A stretch of 64,000 bases of DNA from Desulfosudaceae bacterium (GCA_963674745.2 CAXXDV010000003.1:1216001-1280000), one strand, 5' to 3'; numbered from the stretch's first letter, positions 27,888 through 37,768 are shown. Notes: generated from the sequence alone by a model not told the origin. Program-made: numbers and translations.

Positions 27888-29201
27888 ATGCGCCACAAAT
27901 TGCATCCCCAGTCTGAAGATCATCAATATACCGTTCTGGTATGTATTATTATAATGTTTTTAGCCCTGGCGCTGACCGCTTGTGCCAACAAAGCCTGGTA
28001 TCAGTCTTATGGCTTTGATTCCCGGGAAGATGTCATATCCATTGCTTCGGTTCCGGTGCTGATCGACGCACTGGGGGATCAGGACCCCAGTGTACGCAAG
28101 AAGACTGCCCGTGCACTGGAGGAGATCGGTTCTGACGCCAAAGATGCCGTACCGGCACTGACGGAAGTCTTGAAAGATAACGATTTCAACGTTCGTCAGG
28201 CCGCTGCTGACGCTCTGGAAGCCATTGAACTGATGGGTATATCGGGTAAAGATGATGAGGCAAAAAGAAAAGTCCGGTTGCTGGTAAACACCACCAGGCT
28301 GGAGATAGATAACTGGATGATTCGGCTGGAGGCCGTTAACAGGCTGGCTGACCTGGGGCATGAGGCTGCTGATGCCTTACCAGAATTGATATCCATTATT
28401 GAAGACAGGTCTGACTGGCGCGATCATTATTATAATCAAGTACTCAAAGGGGCTGTGATTGCTCTTGGAAATATCGGTCCTGAAGCCCGGGCTGCAAATC
28501 CAGCCCTGATAAAACTGATGGACAACAAGGACTACGAGATTCGTCTGGAAGTTGTCAAGGCCCTGGGTAAAATCGGTCCGGGTACAGACACGGCTGTAAG
28601 AGAAGCCTTGATCGAGGCCGTACACGGTGACCCGGAACTGATCGGCGTGCGGGATGCTTTTGCCAGCATGCTGCCGTCAAGCCAAAAAGACCTGGCGTAT
28701 ACAAACATGCATTTTGGTGATCCGGACAGCGATGTCCGCAAAGAAGCCGCAGCCGTTCTTGGGAGATTCGAAGCAGACGCGGTGGCGGCTGTACCGGCGC
28801 TCTTGGAAGCGACGATGACCGACATTAATGCCGATGTCCGTCGTCAGGCCGCCTTGTCGCTGAGCAAAATTCAACCGGGTGGCGGAGCAGCCATGATCGC
28901 GTTTGATAAAGCCTTAACTGAAAAGGAAGCCCCCATGACACGGGCGGCTGCTGTTTTTGAACTGCGCAACGCCATGCCGGAATACAGGGAATCCTGGATG
29001 CCGCGATTGCTTCTTTGTCTGGATGATGTTGACGAGGGGGTTCGTTTAAATGCCGTCAAAACACTGGGGGAATTTAAAATCGTTAATAAGAATGTATACA
29101 AAGCCCTTCGCCGACTGGCCCTTGAGGATAAGTCCCTGACGGTAAAAGCAGAAGCTGGAAGAACGCTGAATTATTTAAAGAGTGTCCATCCGGCTGATTA
29201 A
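27888..29201 (+). CDS. HEAT/PBS-lyase repeat lipoprotein
   Basis: Lipobox LTAC and repeated VPALxxxLxDxDxxVRxxAAxAL units. Confidence 0.85.
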   Translation: MRHKLHPQSEDHQYTVLVCIIIMFLALALTACANKAWYQSYGFDSREDVISIASVPVLIDALGDQDPSVRKKTARALEEIGSDAKDAVPALTEVLKDNDFNVRQAAADALEAIELMGISGKDDEAKRKVRLLVNTTRLEIDNWMIRLEAVNRLADLGHEAADALPELISIIEDRSDWRDHYYNQVLKGAVIALGNIGPEARAANPALIKLMDNKDYEIRLEVVKALGKIGPGTDTAVREALIEAVHGDPELIGVRDAFASMLPSSQKDLAYTNMHFGDPDSDVRKEAAAVLGRFEADAVAAVPALLEATMTDINADVRRQAALSLSKIQPGGGAAMIAFDKALTEKEAPMTRAAAVFELRNAMPEYRESWMPRLLLCLDDVDEGVRLNAVKTLGEFKIVNKNVYKALRRLALEDKSLTVKAEAGRTLNYLKSVHPAD

Positions 29202-29215
29202 TCATTATTACGCTG

Positions 29216-30421
29216 ATGGCACGCATAAAAATTCTGGAAAACAATATCCGGCATTATGCCTGGGGATCTCTCACCGCTATTCCTGAATTGCTGGACATTT
29301 CTTTTTCCTCCGATCGCCCGTGCGCTGAACTCTGGATGGGCGCACATCCAAACGCCCCTTCCCGGGTAACTCACGAAGGAAGAACAGTTTCCTTAGACCA
29401 ATATATTGTTCGAAATGCGGAACACCTGCTCGGTAAAACAGTTGCCGGAAAATTTAACAACAGCCTGCCGTTTTTGTTCAAAGTGTTGGCTGCAGCGGAA
29501 CCGCTTTCCATTCAGGCCCATCCGGATAAAGCCCAGGCAAGAGAAGGGTTTGATCGGGAGAACAGGGCCGGCATACCTCTGGACGCGCCGAACAGAAACT
29601 ATAAGGATTCCCATCACAAACCGGAATGTATCTGTGCCATGACGCCGTTTACCGCATTGTGTGGTTTTCGGGATATACCGGATATTATCCATAATCTTTC
29701 CACCGTTCTTCCCGGGCACCGTCAAAATGTGCTGTCTGATCTCCACAGAAAATCGGATAGCGTCGGATTGAAGGCGTTTTTTCATCAATTACTCGTTATG
29801 GATTCCGATGCAGCAGGTGATGTCACGGCCCGGGCAGTTGACGAAGCCGGAAAGCGGGCCGAAAACGATTTCATGTGCCGCTGGATAGTACGCCTGAATC
29901 AGTTCTATCCGGGTGATATCATGGCACTGGCGCCTGCTTTTTTGAACCTGGTTGAATTGTCTCCCCAACAGGCCCTGTTTCTGCCGGCCGGTGTACTTCA
30001 TGCGTATCTCGAGGGCGTCGGGGTCGAGCTGATGGCCAGCTCTGATAATGTTCTGCGCGGCGGGTTGACACCCAAACATGTCGATGTTGATGAGTTGATG
30101 CGTGTGCTTGATTTTTCTCCACTGACCCTTCAGTTGTTGTCTCCGGAATTCGGTGAGGGCTGTGAAGGCGTGTTTGACACTTCAGCGGAAGAGTTTGTCC
30201 TGTCGGTGGTGCGCGTCATGCCCGGGACAACATGCATTCCCGGTCAGCAGGGCAGGGTGGCGATTCTACTGTGTGTTGAAGGTCAGGCCATCCTGACCGA
30301 TGAGGACACGGAAGAAACAACCGAACTGACCAGAGGGGTCTCAGTCATCATACCGGCATCTGTTACGCACTATACGCTTTCCGGAGACGCAAAAATATTC
30401 AAGGCGAGCGTTCCCTGCTGA
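29216..30421 (+). CDS. manA: Mannose-6-phosphate isomerase, class I
   Basis: YAWGS, AELWMGAHP, LPFLFKVL...LSIQAHPDK, YKDSHHKPE, HAYLEG, SDNVLRGGLTPK. Confidence 0.95.
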   Translation: MARIKILENNIRHYAWGSLTAIPELLDISFSSDRPCAELWMGAHPNAPSRVTHEGRTVSLDQYIVRNAEHLLGKTVAGKFNNSLPFLFKVLAAAEPLSIQAHPDKAQAREGFDRENRAGIPLDAPNRNYKDSHHKPECICAMTPFTALCGFRDIPDIIHNLSTVLPGHRQNVLSDLHRKSDSVGLKAFFHQLLVMDSDAAGDVTARAVDEAGKRAENDFMCRWIVRLNQFYPGDIMALAPAFLNLVELSPQQALFLPAGVLHAYLEGVGVELMASSDNVLRGGLTPKHVDVDELMRVLDFSPLTLQLLSPEFGEGCEGVFDTSAEEFVLSVVRVMPGTTCIPGQQGRVAILLCVEGQAILTDEDTEETTELTRGVSVIIPASVTHYTLSGDAKIFKASVPC

Positions 30422-30457
30422 TCAACAAATCATAACATTAATATCGGACTTTTAGAC

Positions 30458-31894
30458 ATGGACAGACATGTGCAGACCAAAATAATCGCAACCATCGGGC
30501 CCAGTTCCAGGGAAAAAAACGTTATGCGCCGCCTGGTCGAGGCCGGCGTCTCGATCTTCCGGTTGAATTTTTCCCATTCATCCCCCGACACGTTCTCTGA
30601 CGTAATTGAATTCTTCAGGGATATTGAACAGAAAACCGGTAAAATAATTACGCTGATGGGCGATCTTGGGGGGCCCAAGATACGTATCGGCAAAGTTGAG
30701 GGAGCGCCCCTGCAGGTTTTCTCCGGGCAGGCGGTCCGGCTTGGCCCTTCCAGTGCGGAGAAAAACTTTGACGATGCCCCTTATCTTCCCCTGGACTTTC
30801 CTGGAATTTTGAACAAACTGGACGTTGGATTGTCCGTAATCCTCAGTGACGGTATTCCAAAATTCCAGATTAAAGAGATCTCAGATACAGACCAGGGGCA
30901 GGTTTTTATCCTTGAAACAATAAACAGCGGTATCGTTTCTTCCAGCAAGGGTATTTCTTTTCCCGGCCTGACGTTCGATCTGCCGGCCCTGACAAACAAA
31001 GATCGTGAAGATGTGGCCGAAGCGTTACGCCTGGGGATTGATGCCCTGGCCTTGTCTTTTGTCCAGAAAAAACAGGATGTGCTGGATTTAAAGGATGAGA
31101 TGCAGCGTCATGGACGGCAGGTTCCGGTAATTGTGAAGATCGAGCGGGTCGGGGCCGTTGATGCTTTTGACGAAATTATTGCCGAAGCCGACGGCATTAT
31201 GGTGGCCAGGGGCGACCTGGGCCTGGAAACTTCTTTGCCGGCTTTGCCGGTACTGCAGAAAAAGATCATCAATATGTGTCTGGATCATCAGAAACCCGTC
31301 ATTGTAGCCACCCAGATGCTATTGTCCATGGTGCATAATCCACTTCCCACCCGGGCCGAAGCGGCTGATGTCGCCAATGCCATTATGGATGGTGCCGACG
31401 CGGTGATGCTGTCCGAAGAAACAGCCGTCGGTGAATACCCGGTCGAGGCTGTGACCATAATGGGCCAGGTGGCCCGTCATGCAGAGCAGTACATGGCCGA
31501 AAAAATGGCCGGCCCCCGTTATCCCAAAGGTGATCAGGTGGGCAAGCATCTGGCTTATTCCGCCTGCCAGGTGGCTGACCATGCCGGAAGCAGGGCTCTG
31601 ACCTGCCATACCGCCAGCGGGTTGACCGCCGCCATGCTGTCCGCCTGTCGTCCGGCCAGACCGATCTACGCTATTTCGCCGCATATTGAAACCGCCCGGC
31701 GGATCAATTTTCTATGGGGTGTCAGGCCCGTGCAGGGAGATAATCAACTGGAGGACCATCTTGACCGGGTGGAAATGTTTATCGAAAGCCATGATGAATT
31801 TGCCAAAGGAGAGAGCTTCGTCATTACATCGGGACAGCCCACACCCGGGCAGCCGCAAAACGATACTAACCAGATGAAAATATATTACAAGTAA
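30458..31894 (+). CDS. pyk: Pyruvate kinase
   Basis: TKIIATIGP, RLNFSH, GPKIR, KIE, GIMVARGDLG, ATQMLLSM, MDGADAVMLSEETA. Confidence 0.96.
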   Translation: MDRHVQTKIIATIGPSSREKNVMRRLVEAGVSIFRLNFSHSSPDTFSDVIEFFRDIEQKTGKIITLMGDLGGPKIRIGKVEGAPLQVFSGQAVRLGPSSAEKNFDDAPYLPLDFPGILNKLDVGLSVILSDGIPKFQIKEISDTDQGQVFILETINSGIVSSSKGISFPGLTFDLPALTNKDREDVAEALRLGIDALALSFVQKKQDVLDLKDEMQRHGRQVPVIVKIERVGAVDAFDEIIAEADGIMVARGDLGLETSLPALPVLQKKIINMCLDHQKPVIVATQMLLSMVHNPLPTRAEAADVANAIMDGADAVMLSEETAVGEYPVEAVTIMGQVARHAEQYMAEKMAGPRYPKGDQVGKHLAYSACQVADHAGSRALTCHTASGLTAAMLSACRPARPIYAISPHIETARRINFLWGVRPVQGDNQLEDHLDRVEMFIESHDEFAKGESFVITSGQPTPGQPQNDTNQMKIYYK

Positions 31895-31898
31895 GCTT

Positions 31899-33689
31899 AT
31901 GGGGCATTTTAAAATCAATACCCGGGATATTTTTTTTATTTTAAAGGACCAGCTTGACTATGGCGCGCTGTGTGCCCTGGATAAATACAGCGATCTTGAC
32001 GAGAAGACCCTGGATCTGCTGATAAACGAAGCCGTCGCTTTTGCCAAAGGGGTGGTCGATCCCCTTCAGGAACTGGGTGAAACCGAAGGCGTGATTTTTG
32101 ATAACGGCCGGGTATCCTGCCCCCGGGCCTTCCGTGAGGCGTTTAAGAAATACGGTCAAGACGGCTGGACCGCGGCTGCCCGGGACCCGGTCTGGGGCGG
32201 CGGCGGGTTTCCCACCATGATGCGCATCGTGGTTAACGATATTATGTACGGCGCCTGCCAGGCTTTTAACATGGCCCCCAGCCTGACCCACGGCGCGGCC
32301 CATTTGATCGAAAGTTTCGGCACCGATGAACTGAAAAAAATGTTTGTTCCCCGGATGTACGACGGTACCTGGTCCGGCACCATGGCCCTGACCGAACCTG
32401 ACGCGGGTTCCAACCTGGCCGACATTCAAACCACGGCCGCCCCTCTTGAAAACGGACGGTTCAAAATCAAAGGCACTAAAATATTTATCTCCTGGGGCGA
32501 TCACGATCTGGCCGAAAACATTGTCCACCTTGTCCTGGCCCGTATTGTGGGCGCTCCTGAAGGCGTTAAGGGAATATCTCTTTTTATCGTGCCCAAATAC
32601 AAGATCAACCCGGACGGATCGGTCGGGGATCCCAACGATGTGCTTTGCGGCGGGGTGGAGAAAAAGCTGGGCCTGCATGGGTCGCCAACCTGTGTGTTAA
32701 ACTTCGGTACCGGTGACAATTGTGACGCCTGGTTGTGCGGGGAAGAAAACCGCGGCCTGGCCCATATGTTTCAGATGATGAACCAGGCCCGGATCAACAC
32801 CGGTGTTTCGGGCATGGCTATCGCGGCGACGGCTTATCAGAACGCCCTGGCGTATGCCAAAGAACGCGTTCAGGGGCGTGATATCGCCGGTCGGAAAAAA
32901 GGCGGGGTGCCCATCATCGATCATCCGGACGTTCGTCGCATGCTGTTGTGGATGAAAGCGGTTACCGAGGGCATGCGTTCTTTAACCTATACCGCGGCTT
33001 TCTGGGCCGACCTGGCCGCGCAACTTCCGGACCGGAGCCGGCGGGAACATTATCGTGATCTGATCGAGTTTATTACCCCCGTTGTCAAGGCCTATTGTTC
33101 GGAAAAAGGCTTCCGGGTATGCGAAATCGCCATGCAGTGCCTGGGCGGTTATGGCTACAGCCGGGAATATCCCATCGAACAATACCTGAGGGACGTCAAG
33201 GTACTGTCCCTCTATGAGGGCACCAACGGCATTCAGTCCCTGGATCTCATGGGCCGCAAAATGGCCATGAAAGACGGGGCACTTTTGAACGGCTTTAAAG
33301 ACGAGGTAATGGAATTCTGTCAAATCCATGCCGGTCATTCCGTCCTGGGTGAACAAATCAATGCCCTGGGCCGGGCCGTTGATCAGGTCTGCGGCATGGC
33401 CGTGAAAATGCGTGATCTCCAGAAAACCGATCCGTTGCAATGGGCCTCATATACTTATCCCGCCCTGATGTGCCTGGGTGAAATAACCGTTGTCTGGCGC
33501 CTGCTGGACATGGCTGTGGCGGCTCATAAGAAAATTCAATCGGGCCGGGGGCCGGAAGATTTTTTCAAAGGCAAAATTCTTCAGGCCACCTGGTATGCCG
33601 ATACCGTTTTGCCGTTCTGCATTACCGAGATGACCGGTTGTCTGCGGGAAGGCAGGGAAATCGTTGATATGCCAATATCTGCATTTTAA
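31899..33689 (+). CDS. Long-form acyl-CoA dehydrogenase (FadE5/MmgC-like)
   Basis: GTMALTEPDAGSNL, GTKIFIS, FQMMNQARI, LGGYGY..EYPIEQYLRD, YEGTNGIQSLDL. Confidence 0.92.
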   Translation: MGHFKINTRDIFFILKDQLDYGALCALDKYSDLDEKTLDLLINEAVAFAKGVVDPLQELGETEGVIFDNGRVSCPRAFREAFKKYGQDGWTAAARDPVWGGGGFPTMMRIVVNDIMYGACQAFNMAPSLTHGAAHLIESFGTDELKKMFVPRMYDGTWSGTMALTEPDAGSNLADIQTTAAPLENGRFKIKGTKIFISWGDHDLAENIVHLVLARIVGAPEGVKGISLFIVPKYKINPDGSVGDPNDVLCGGVEKKLGLHGSPTCVLNFGTGDNCDAWLCGEENRGLAHMFQMMNQARINTGVSGMAIAATAYQNALAYAKERVQGRDIAGRKKGGVPIIDHPDVRRMLLWMKAVTEGMRSLTYTAAFWADLAAQLPDRSRREHYRDLIEFITPVVKAYCSEKGFRVCEIAMQCLGGYGYSREYPIEQYLRDVKVLSLYEGTNGIQSLDLMGRKMAMKDGALLNGFKDEVMEFCQIHAGHSVLGEQINALGRAVDQVCGMAVKMRDLQKTDPLQWASYTYPALMCLGEITVVWRLLDMAVAAHKKIQSGRGPEDFFKGKILQATWYADTVLPFCITEMTGCLREGREIVDMPISAF

Positions 33690-33762
33690 AGATGCTTTTT
33701 ATTCTGATAAGATGGAAGTAGTCTAAGGGCAGAATTTTGTAAGGTGAATGGCTTATGGGAGG

Positions 33763-33907
33763 GATCAAGGGTTCAAGGATTCAAGGGGTCAAGGAACGAC
33801 TATGAATAAAGTACTGTTGAACACCAATTGATTTAATAATATATTTTTTAACAGATTTTTGAACCCTCGAACCCTCGAATCCTCGAATCCTCGAATCCTT
33901 GAACCCT
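33763..33907. repeat. Two inverted blocks of octamer tandem repeats flanking an AT-rich spacer
   Basis: tcaagggt tcaaggat tcaagggg tcaagg (about 33765-33794) versus gaaccctc/gaatcctc x6 (about 33861-33907). Confidence 0.75.
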
Positions 33908-33960
33908 GCGCGTCAAAAAAGTTCGGGAAAAATTTAACAGTTATCATAAACGGAGGAGTT

Positions 33961-35124
33961 ATGGATTTCGGCCTGTCAAGAGAAATGACCATGCTGCGGG
34001 ACGCTGTCCGCCGGTTTGCCAACAAGAAAATCGCGCCGCATGTGGACGAGTGGGATAAAAATCATTATCTGCCCCATGAAGAGGCCTTAAAACCCATGGG
34101 CGAGCTGGGCTTTTTCGGCTCGGTTATTCCTGAGGAATACGGGGGCGATGACATGGGCTTTCTGGCCGCGGCCATCATTACCGAGGAGATCGCCCGGGTG
34201 TCCAGTTCTTTGCGGGTGCAGGTCAACCTTCAGGGCCTGGGTACGGCCTATCCTATTTTCCGTTACGGCACGGAAGCAGCTAAAAAAAAGTATATCCCCA
34301 AACTGTGCACGGCCGAATATCTGGGTGGATTTTCCATTACCGAGCCCAACGCCGGTTCGGATGTAATGTCCATTGAAACGACAGCCGAGGACAAAGGCGA
34401 TCATTTTGTTATAAACGGTTCGAAGACATGGATATCAAACGCCAACCAGTCCGATGTAATCGTCTGCTATGCTTATACGGACAAGGAAAAAAGGGGTAAG
34501 GGCCTGTCGGCCTTTATCCTGGAGCCGAAGAATTTTGACGGTATTTCCACCACCGACCTTGATAAACTGGGTTCTTTTTCATCGCCTACCGGCGAGCTTT
34601 TTTTCAACAACGTCATCGTGCCCCGGGAAAACCTGCTGGGCGAACCCGGAGACGGCGCCCGCATTGTGTTCAGTTCCTTAAACCAGACCCGGCTGTCGGC
34701 CGCGGCCGGCGCTGTGGGTACGGCCCAGGCCTGCCTGGATATTGCCACGCAATACTGTAATCAGCGGGAACAGTTCGGGCAGCCCATCGGCAAATACCAG
34801 ATGAATCAGGATCTCATCGCGCAGATGACCGTGGACGTGGAAGCGGCCCGCCTGCTGGTGTATAAGTCAGCCTGGCAGAAGGATCAGGGTATGCTCAACA
34901 ATGGCATGGAAGTGGCCCAGGCCAAGTATTTTGCCGGGGAAGCGGCCATGAAGTGCGCCAATTATGCCATGCGCATCATGGGTGCCTATGGTTATTCCAC
35001 GGAATACCCTTTGGCGCGGTTTTATCGTGATATTCCGACTTACATTATTGTTGAGGGGTCGGCCAATATCTGCAAACAGATTATTGCCATGGACAAACTG
35101 GGGTATCGAAAAGCGAACCGGTAG
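33961..35124 (+). CDS. acd: Glutaryl-CoA dehydrogenase, non-decarboxylating
   Basis: End-to-end resemblance to the Desulfococcus multivorans enzyme as I recall it (PMGELGFFG, GSKTWISNA, TRLSAAAG, QMNQD, CANYAMRI.GAYGYSTEYP, RKANR). Val precedes the catalytic Glu (VEGSANI). RBS GGAGGAG before the ATG at 33961. Confidence 0.85.
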   Translation: MDFGLSREMTMLRDAVRRFANKKIAPHVDEWDKNHYLPHEEALKPMGELGFFGSVIPEEYGGDDMGFLAAAIITEEIARVSSSLRVQVNLQGLGTAYPIFRYGTEAAKKKYIPKLCTAEYLGGFSITEPNAGSDVMSIETTAEDKGDHFVINGSKTWISNANQSDVIVCYAYTDKEKRGKGLSAFILEPKNFDGISTTDLDKLGSFSSPTGELFFNNVIVPRENLLGEPGDGARIVFSSLNQTRLSAAAGAVGTAQACLDIATQYCNQREQFGQPIGKYQMNQDLIAQMTVDVEAARLLVYKSAWQKDQGMLNNGMEVAQAKYFAGEAAMKCANYAMRIMGAYGYSTEYPLARFYRDIPTYIIVEGSANICKQIIAMDKLGYRKANR

Positions 35125-35139
35125 GCGTTTCGCTTGCAT

Positions 35140-35390
35140 ACGTACTTTTCTTTGGCGCAAAGAAAAATACCAAAAGAAACATTGCCCGGCAGCTTGGCCT
35201 TCGGCTTCCCTCGCGCAGTCGTTTTTTTCGGCGCGGACAGGAACTCGCGCAGTCTCGGTTGTGTAGGGGCAACCCCCTGTGGTTGCCCATCAGCTGGGCG
35301 GCCACAGGGGGCCGCCCCTACAGCATTTGTCCGCGTCTTCCGAAAAAACCGCCCGCGCTCGGCTGCGCTGCAACGGGCGGGGCCGTGCGG
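35140..35390. repeat. Palindromic intergenic repeat element with a REP doublet (35263-35321) in its central loop
   Basis: TACTTTTCTTTG..CAAAGAAAA hairpin. Arms TTTTTTCGG-CGCGGACA and TGTCCGCG..CCGAAAAAA enclose GTAGGGGCAACCCCCTGTGGTTGCCC...GGGCGGCCACAGGGGGCCGCCCCTAC. Confidence 0.75.
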
Positions 35391-35581
35391 GAAATGTGAT
35401 GTCAATCTGAATATGTTTATAACCACGCCATTTCAGGGCATGGAAAACTAAAATGTATCCGCGTCCGGCTGTTTTCCCACCAGCGAAAATTCGTCGACTC
35501 TTCCCGAAGAGGTCGAAGCCAGGGTTCGCGCCTGGGTGGATAAAACCTACGGCAGGTGAGAAGGGCGTCATTTCAGGCCGC

Positions 35582-37768
35582 TTAATACAGTGTTTCTACG
35601 CTCCAATAGGTATCGTTTACCGGTGGAAATTTCTTCTTGTACTGAAGTTCCATTCGGACCTGCTTATCAAGACGCTGGGGAATGCCAAACCGGATGATGC
35701 CGTCTTTGGTCTTCCATTCCGTGATGCGGGCGAATTTTCCGGTGTTCAGGTCATTGATAAAGTCAGGAGAAAATTCTCCCTGGTCATAGGTGTCTGTGGG
35801 CGGTCCCAGCCGCTTGAGGATGGCCGCCTGCACGCGCCCGAAGGTCTGCGCCACGGTCTGCTGGTTACCCACGTTATCGAAATCGATCACCAGGACGGTG
35901 CCGTTGACGATGGTTTCATCGGTGAGGAGCCCGAAACGCTGGCGTTCATCTATTTCGTCAAGAATATGCGCTTCATAAACGACAAGCCCCGGCTGCATTA
36001 TTCCGCCGGTCAGCCCCTGTGTATCCAGTTGCCGCATCACAGTGGCAAGATCCTCGCCGATAATTTTGGAGGGCATCAGCGCCGGCTGCTGCGGGGATGC
36101 GGCTTCTTCCTGTCGGGTGAATAAGGGGCGGAAAACGCTGGCGACGGTTTTACCCGCGGGCTTCTCGAAATGGAATGTGTAGAAGGCGCCCACCCGGTAT
36201 GCCTCTGTTGCGTCGGCACTGGTCGGATCCCTGTCGGTATAATCCATTTCCAGCCCAAGTGTGTGAGCGCCGTAGACAAGCCGGTAATTCGCCGACAGGG
36301 TGTTGATAAAATCATCCCGGGTTCCCGCGGCATATGCTTTTTTCAGCAGGAGATTGTAATTAAGCCCGAAATAATGATGCTCACGCGCCAGTTGCAGCCC
36401 CAATGAACCGCCATACACATCGCCATCGGTCTGATTCCCCTGGAGGTGCTGGAAGACGAGCCCCGGCGTGATGCTGCCCTTGAAGGAAGCAAGGGCGATC
36501 GCATGGGCGCCGCTGAGGCTGACCTCGATCGTGTGCTGGGAGCGGCTATTGGCAACGGCATAGTTTTCAAGCCTTCGGCCGATCAGCGCGAGCCGGGTGG
36601 CCCAGGAACGGACGGGCATACCCAGGCTGAGGTTTAAAGACTGGATGTCGGTGTCGATGGTTTTATCATGATCTTCTGTCGTCTGGCAGAAGGCGTCGAA
36701 GTTGGTGGTCAGGGCCGGATGGAAAAAGCCGAGGGGACCGGTAAGCGCCACGCCGGCGACATTTGTTTCCGTTGGATTGCCGGAGCTGACGCCATCGGTG
36801 AAGCGCTGGAGACGTCCCCTGAGGTTAAGCCCCTGGGTAAACCGCCATGCCCCGTGTGCTTCGCAGGCCTCATAATCCTGGTTGACCAGGGCGCCCTTCG
36901 GCTTGTAGTTTTTGCCGTAGTTCTCGTACCGGAGACGGTAGGTGAAGGGTGTCCCGGTCTTTCCCCGGAGCTGCCCGAAATACCCCATGCCCGAAGCATT
37001 TTCTTTTACCGTGTTGTCCATAAAGTCGATGTAATCGCCGGTGAAAAAATTGACTTCCCCCTCAACCGTCATTTCCTGTTTTCCGAGGGCCCATTTTTTT
37101 TCACCGGTTACGCCGGTCGTTATCTGATTGCGCGTAGAATACTCGTTGCTCTCGTCACGGGCACTGTGATTATGAACGATATTGACGGCGTAGTTTCCCC
37201 AGCGGGGGTGTTCCATAAGCCACGAAGCACCGCTGAACAGGTTGTCCCGGGGGGTATAGTCTTTATAATCGTCCGCGCCCGCGCCGGAAAAGAGCAGAAA
37301 AGAGTTTTTTCCGTCCATGGACGCGAAGGTGGGCTGAAATTCAAGCTGGATGCCTTTCAAGGAACGCTGGATGGTTCGGGTGCTTATAAACGAGAAAGTG
37401 TCGCCGAGCTGGTTTCTAAAGGGGACTCCTCTGTCGCCCTTTTCCCAGGTCAGGTTACATCTTTCCAGGACAAAGCCGGTGTAACGGCTGCGGTAGCCGG
37501 AGTCATTATAGAGAAGATCGGCCCGGCCCTGGATAAACTCGTAAGGCGAGTAGCGCCTGGAAAATCCGGTCGCCAGTTCATTATAGAACTGGCCGCCGGT
37601 ATCCTGGTAAGGGCTTCCGGAAGGGTTTCCCCAGTAATCGTAATGTTCATATCTGGCGGTATTGTCAACCGTGATGGACCAGTCCTGGAGCCACTGCGTC
37701 TCCTGCGCGCGGGCATAAGCCGGCAGAAGAACCCCCGCGATAATGATGAGTATGAGGATTCGTTTCAT
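35582..37768 (-). CDS. Hypothetical large outer-membrane beta-barrel protein with an extra C-terminal globular domain
   Basis: Signal peptide (MKRILILII...ARA|QE). About 500 aa of alternating amphipathic strands rich in Y/F/G/N ending in YTFHF, then an approximately 190-aa alpha/beta domain. Confidence 0.75.
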   Translation of the reverse strand: MKRILILIIIAGVLLPAYARAQETQWLQDWSITVDNTARYEHYDYWGNPSGSPYQDTGGQFYNELATGFSRRYSPYEFIQGRADLLYNDSGYRSRYTGFVLERCNLTWEKGDRGVPFRNQLGDTFSFISTRTIQRSLKGIQLEFQPTFASMDGKNSFLLFSGAGADDYKDYTPRDNLFSGASWLMEHPRWGNYAVNIVHNHSARDESNEYSTRNQITTGVTGEKKWALGKQEMTVEGEVNFFTGDYIDFMDNTVKENASGMGYFGQLRGKTGTPFTYRLRYENYGKNYKPKGALVNQDYEACEAHGAWRFTQGLNLRGRLQRFTDGVSSGNPTETNVAGVALTGPLGFFHPALTTNFDAFCQTTEDHDKTIDTDIQSLNLSLGMPVRSWATRLALIGRRLENYAVANSRSQHTIEVSLSGAHAIALASFKGSITPGLVFQHLQGNQTDGDVYGGSLGLQLAREHHYFGLNYNLLLKKAYAAGTRDDFINTLSANYRLVYGAHTLGLEMDYTDRDPTSADATEAYRVGAFYTFHFEKPAGKTVASVFRPLFTRQEEAASPQQPALMPSKIIGEDLATVMRQLDTQGLTGGIMQPGLVVYEAHILDEIDERQRFGLLTDETIVNGTVLVIDFDNVGNQQTVAQTFGRVQAAILKRLGPPTDTYDQGEFSPDFINDLNTGKFARITEWKTKDGIIRFGIPQRLDKQVRMELQYKKKFPPVNDTYWSVETLY

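Noticed and set aside
33859..33960. N-terminal extension of acd given by the ORF track (similar over-extensions for modC, thiolase, FGE protein and radical SAM)
   Set aside because: It runs through octamer repeats or the upstream gene. Downstream starts have clear RBSs or stop-start overlaps and match family N-termini.
35040..35571. ORFs 35040-35426, 35081-35305, 35134-35451 and 35290-35571
   Set aside because: They run through palindromic repeat DNA and have no protein-like motifs.
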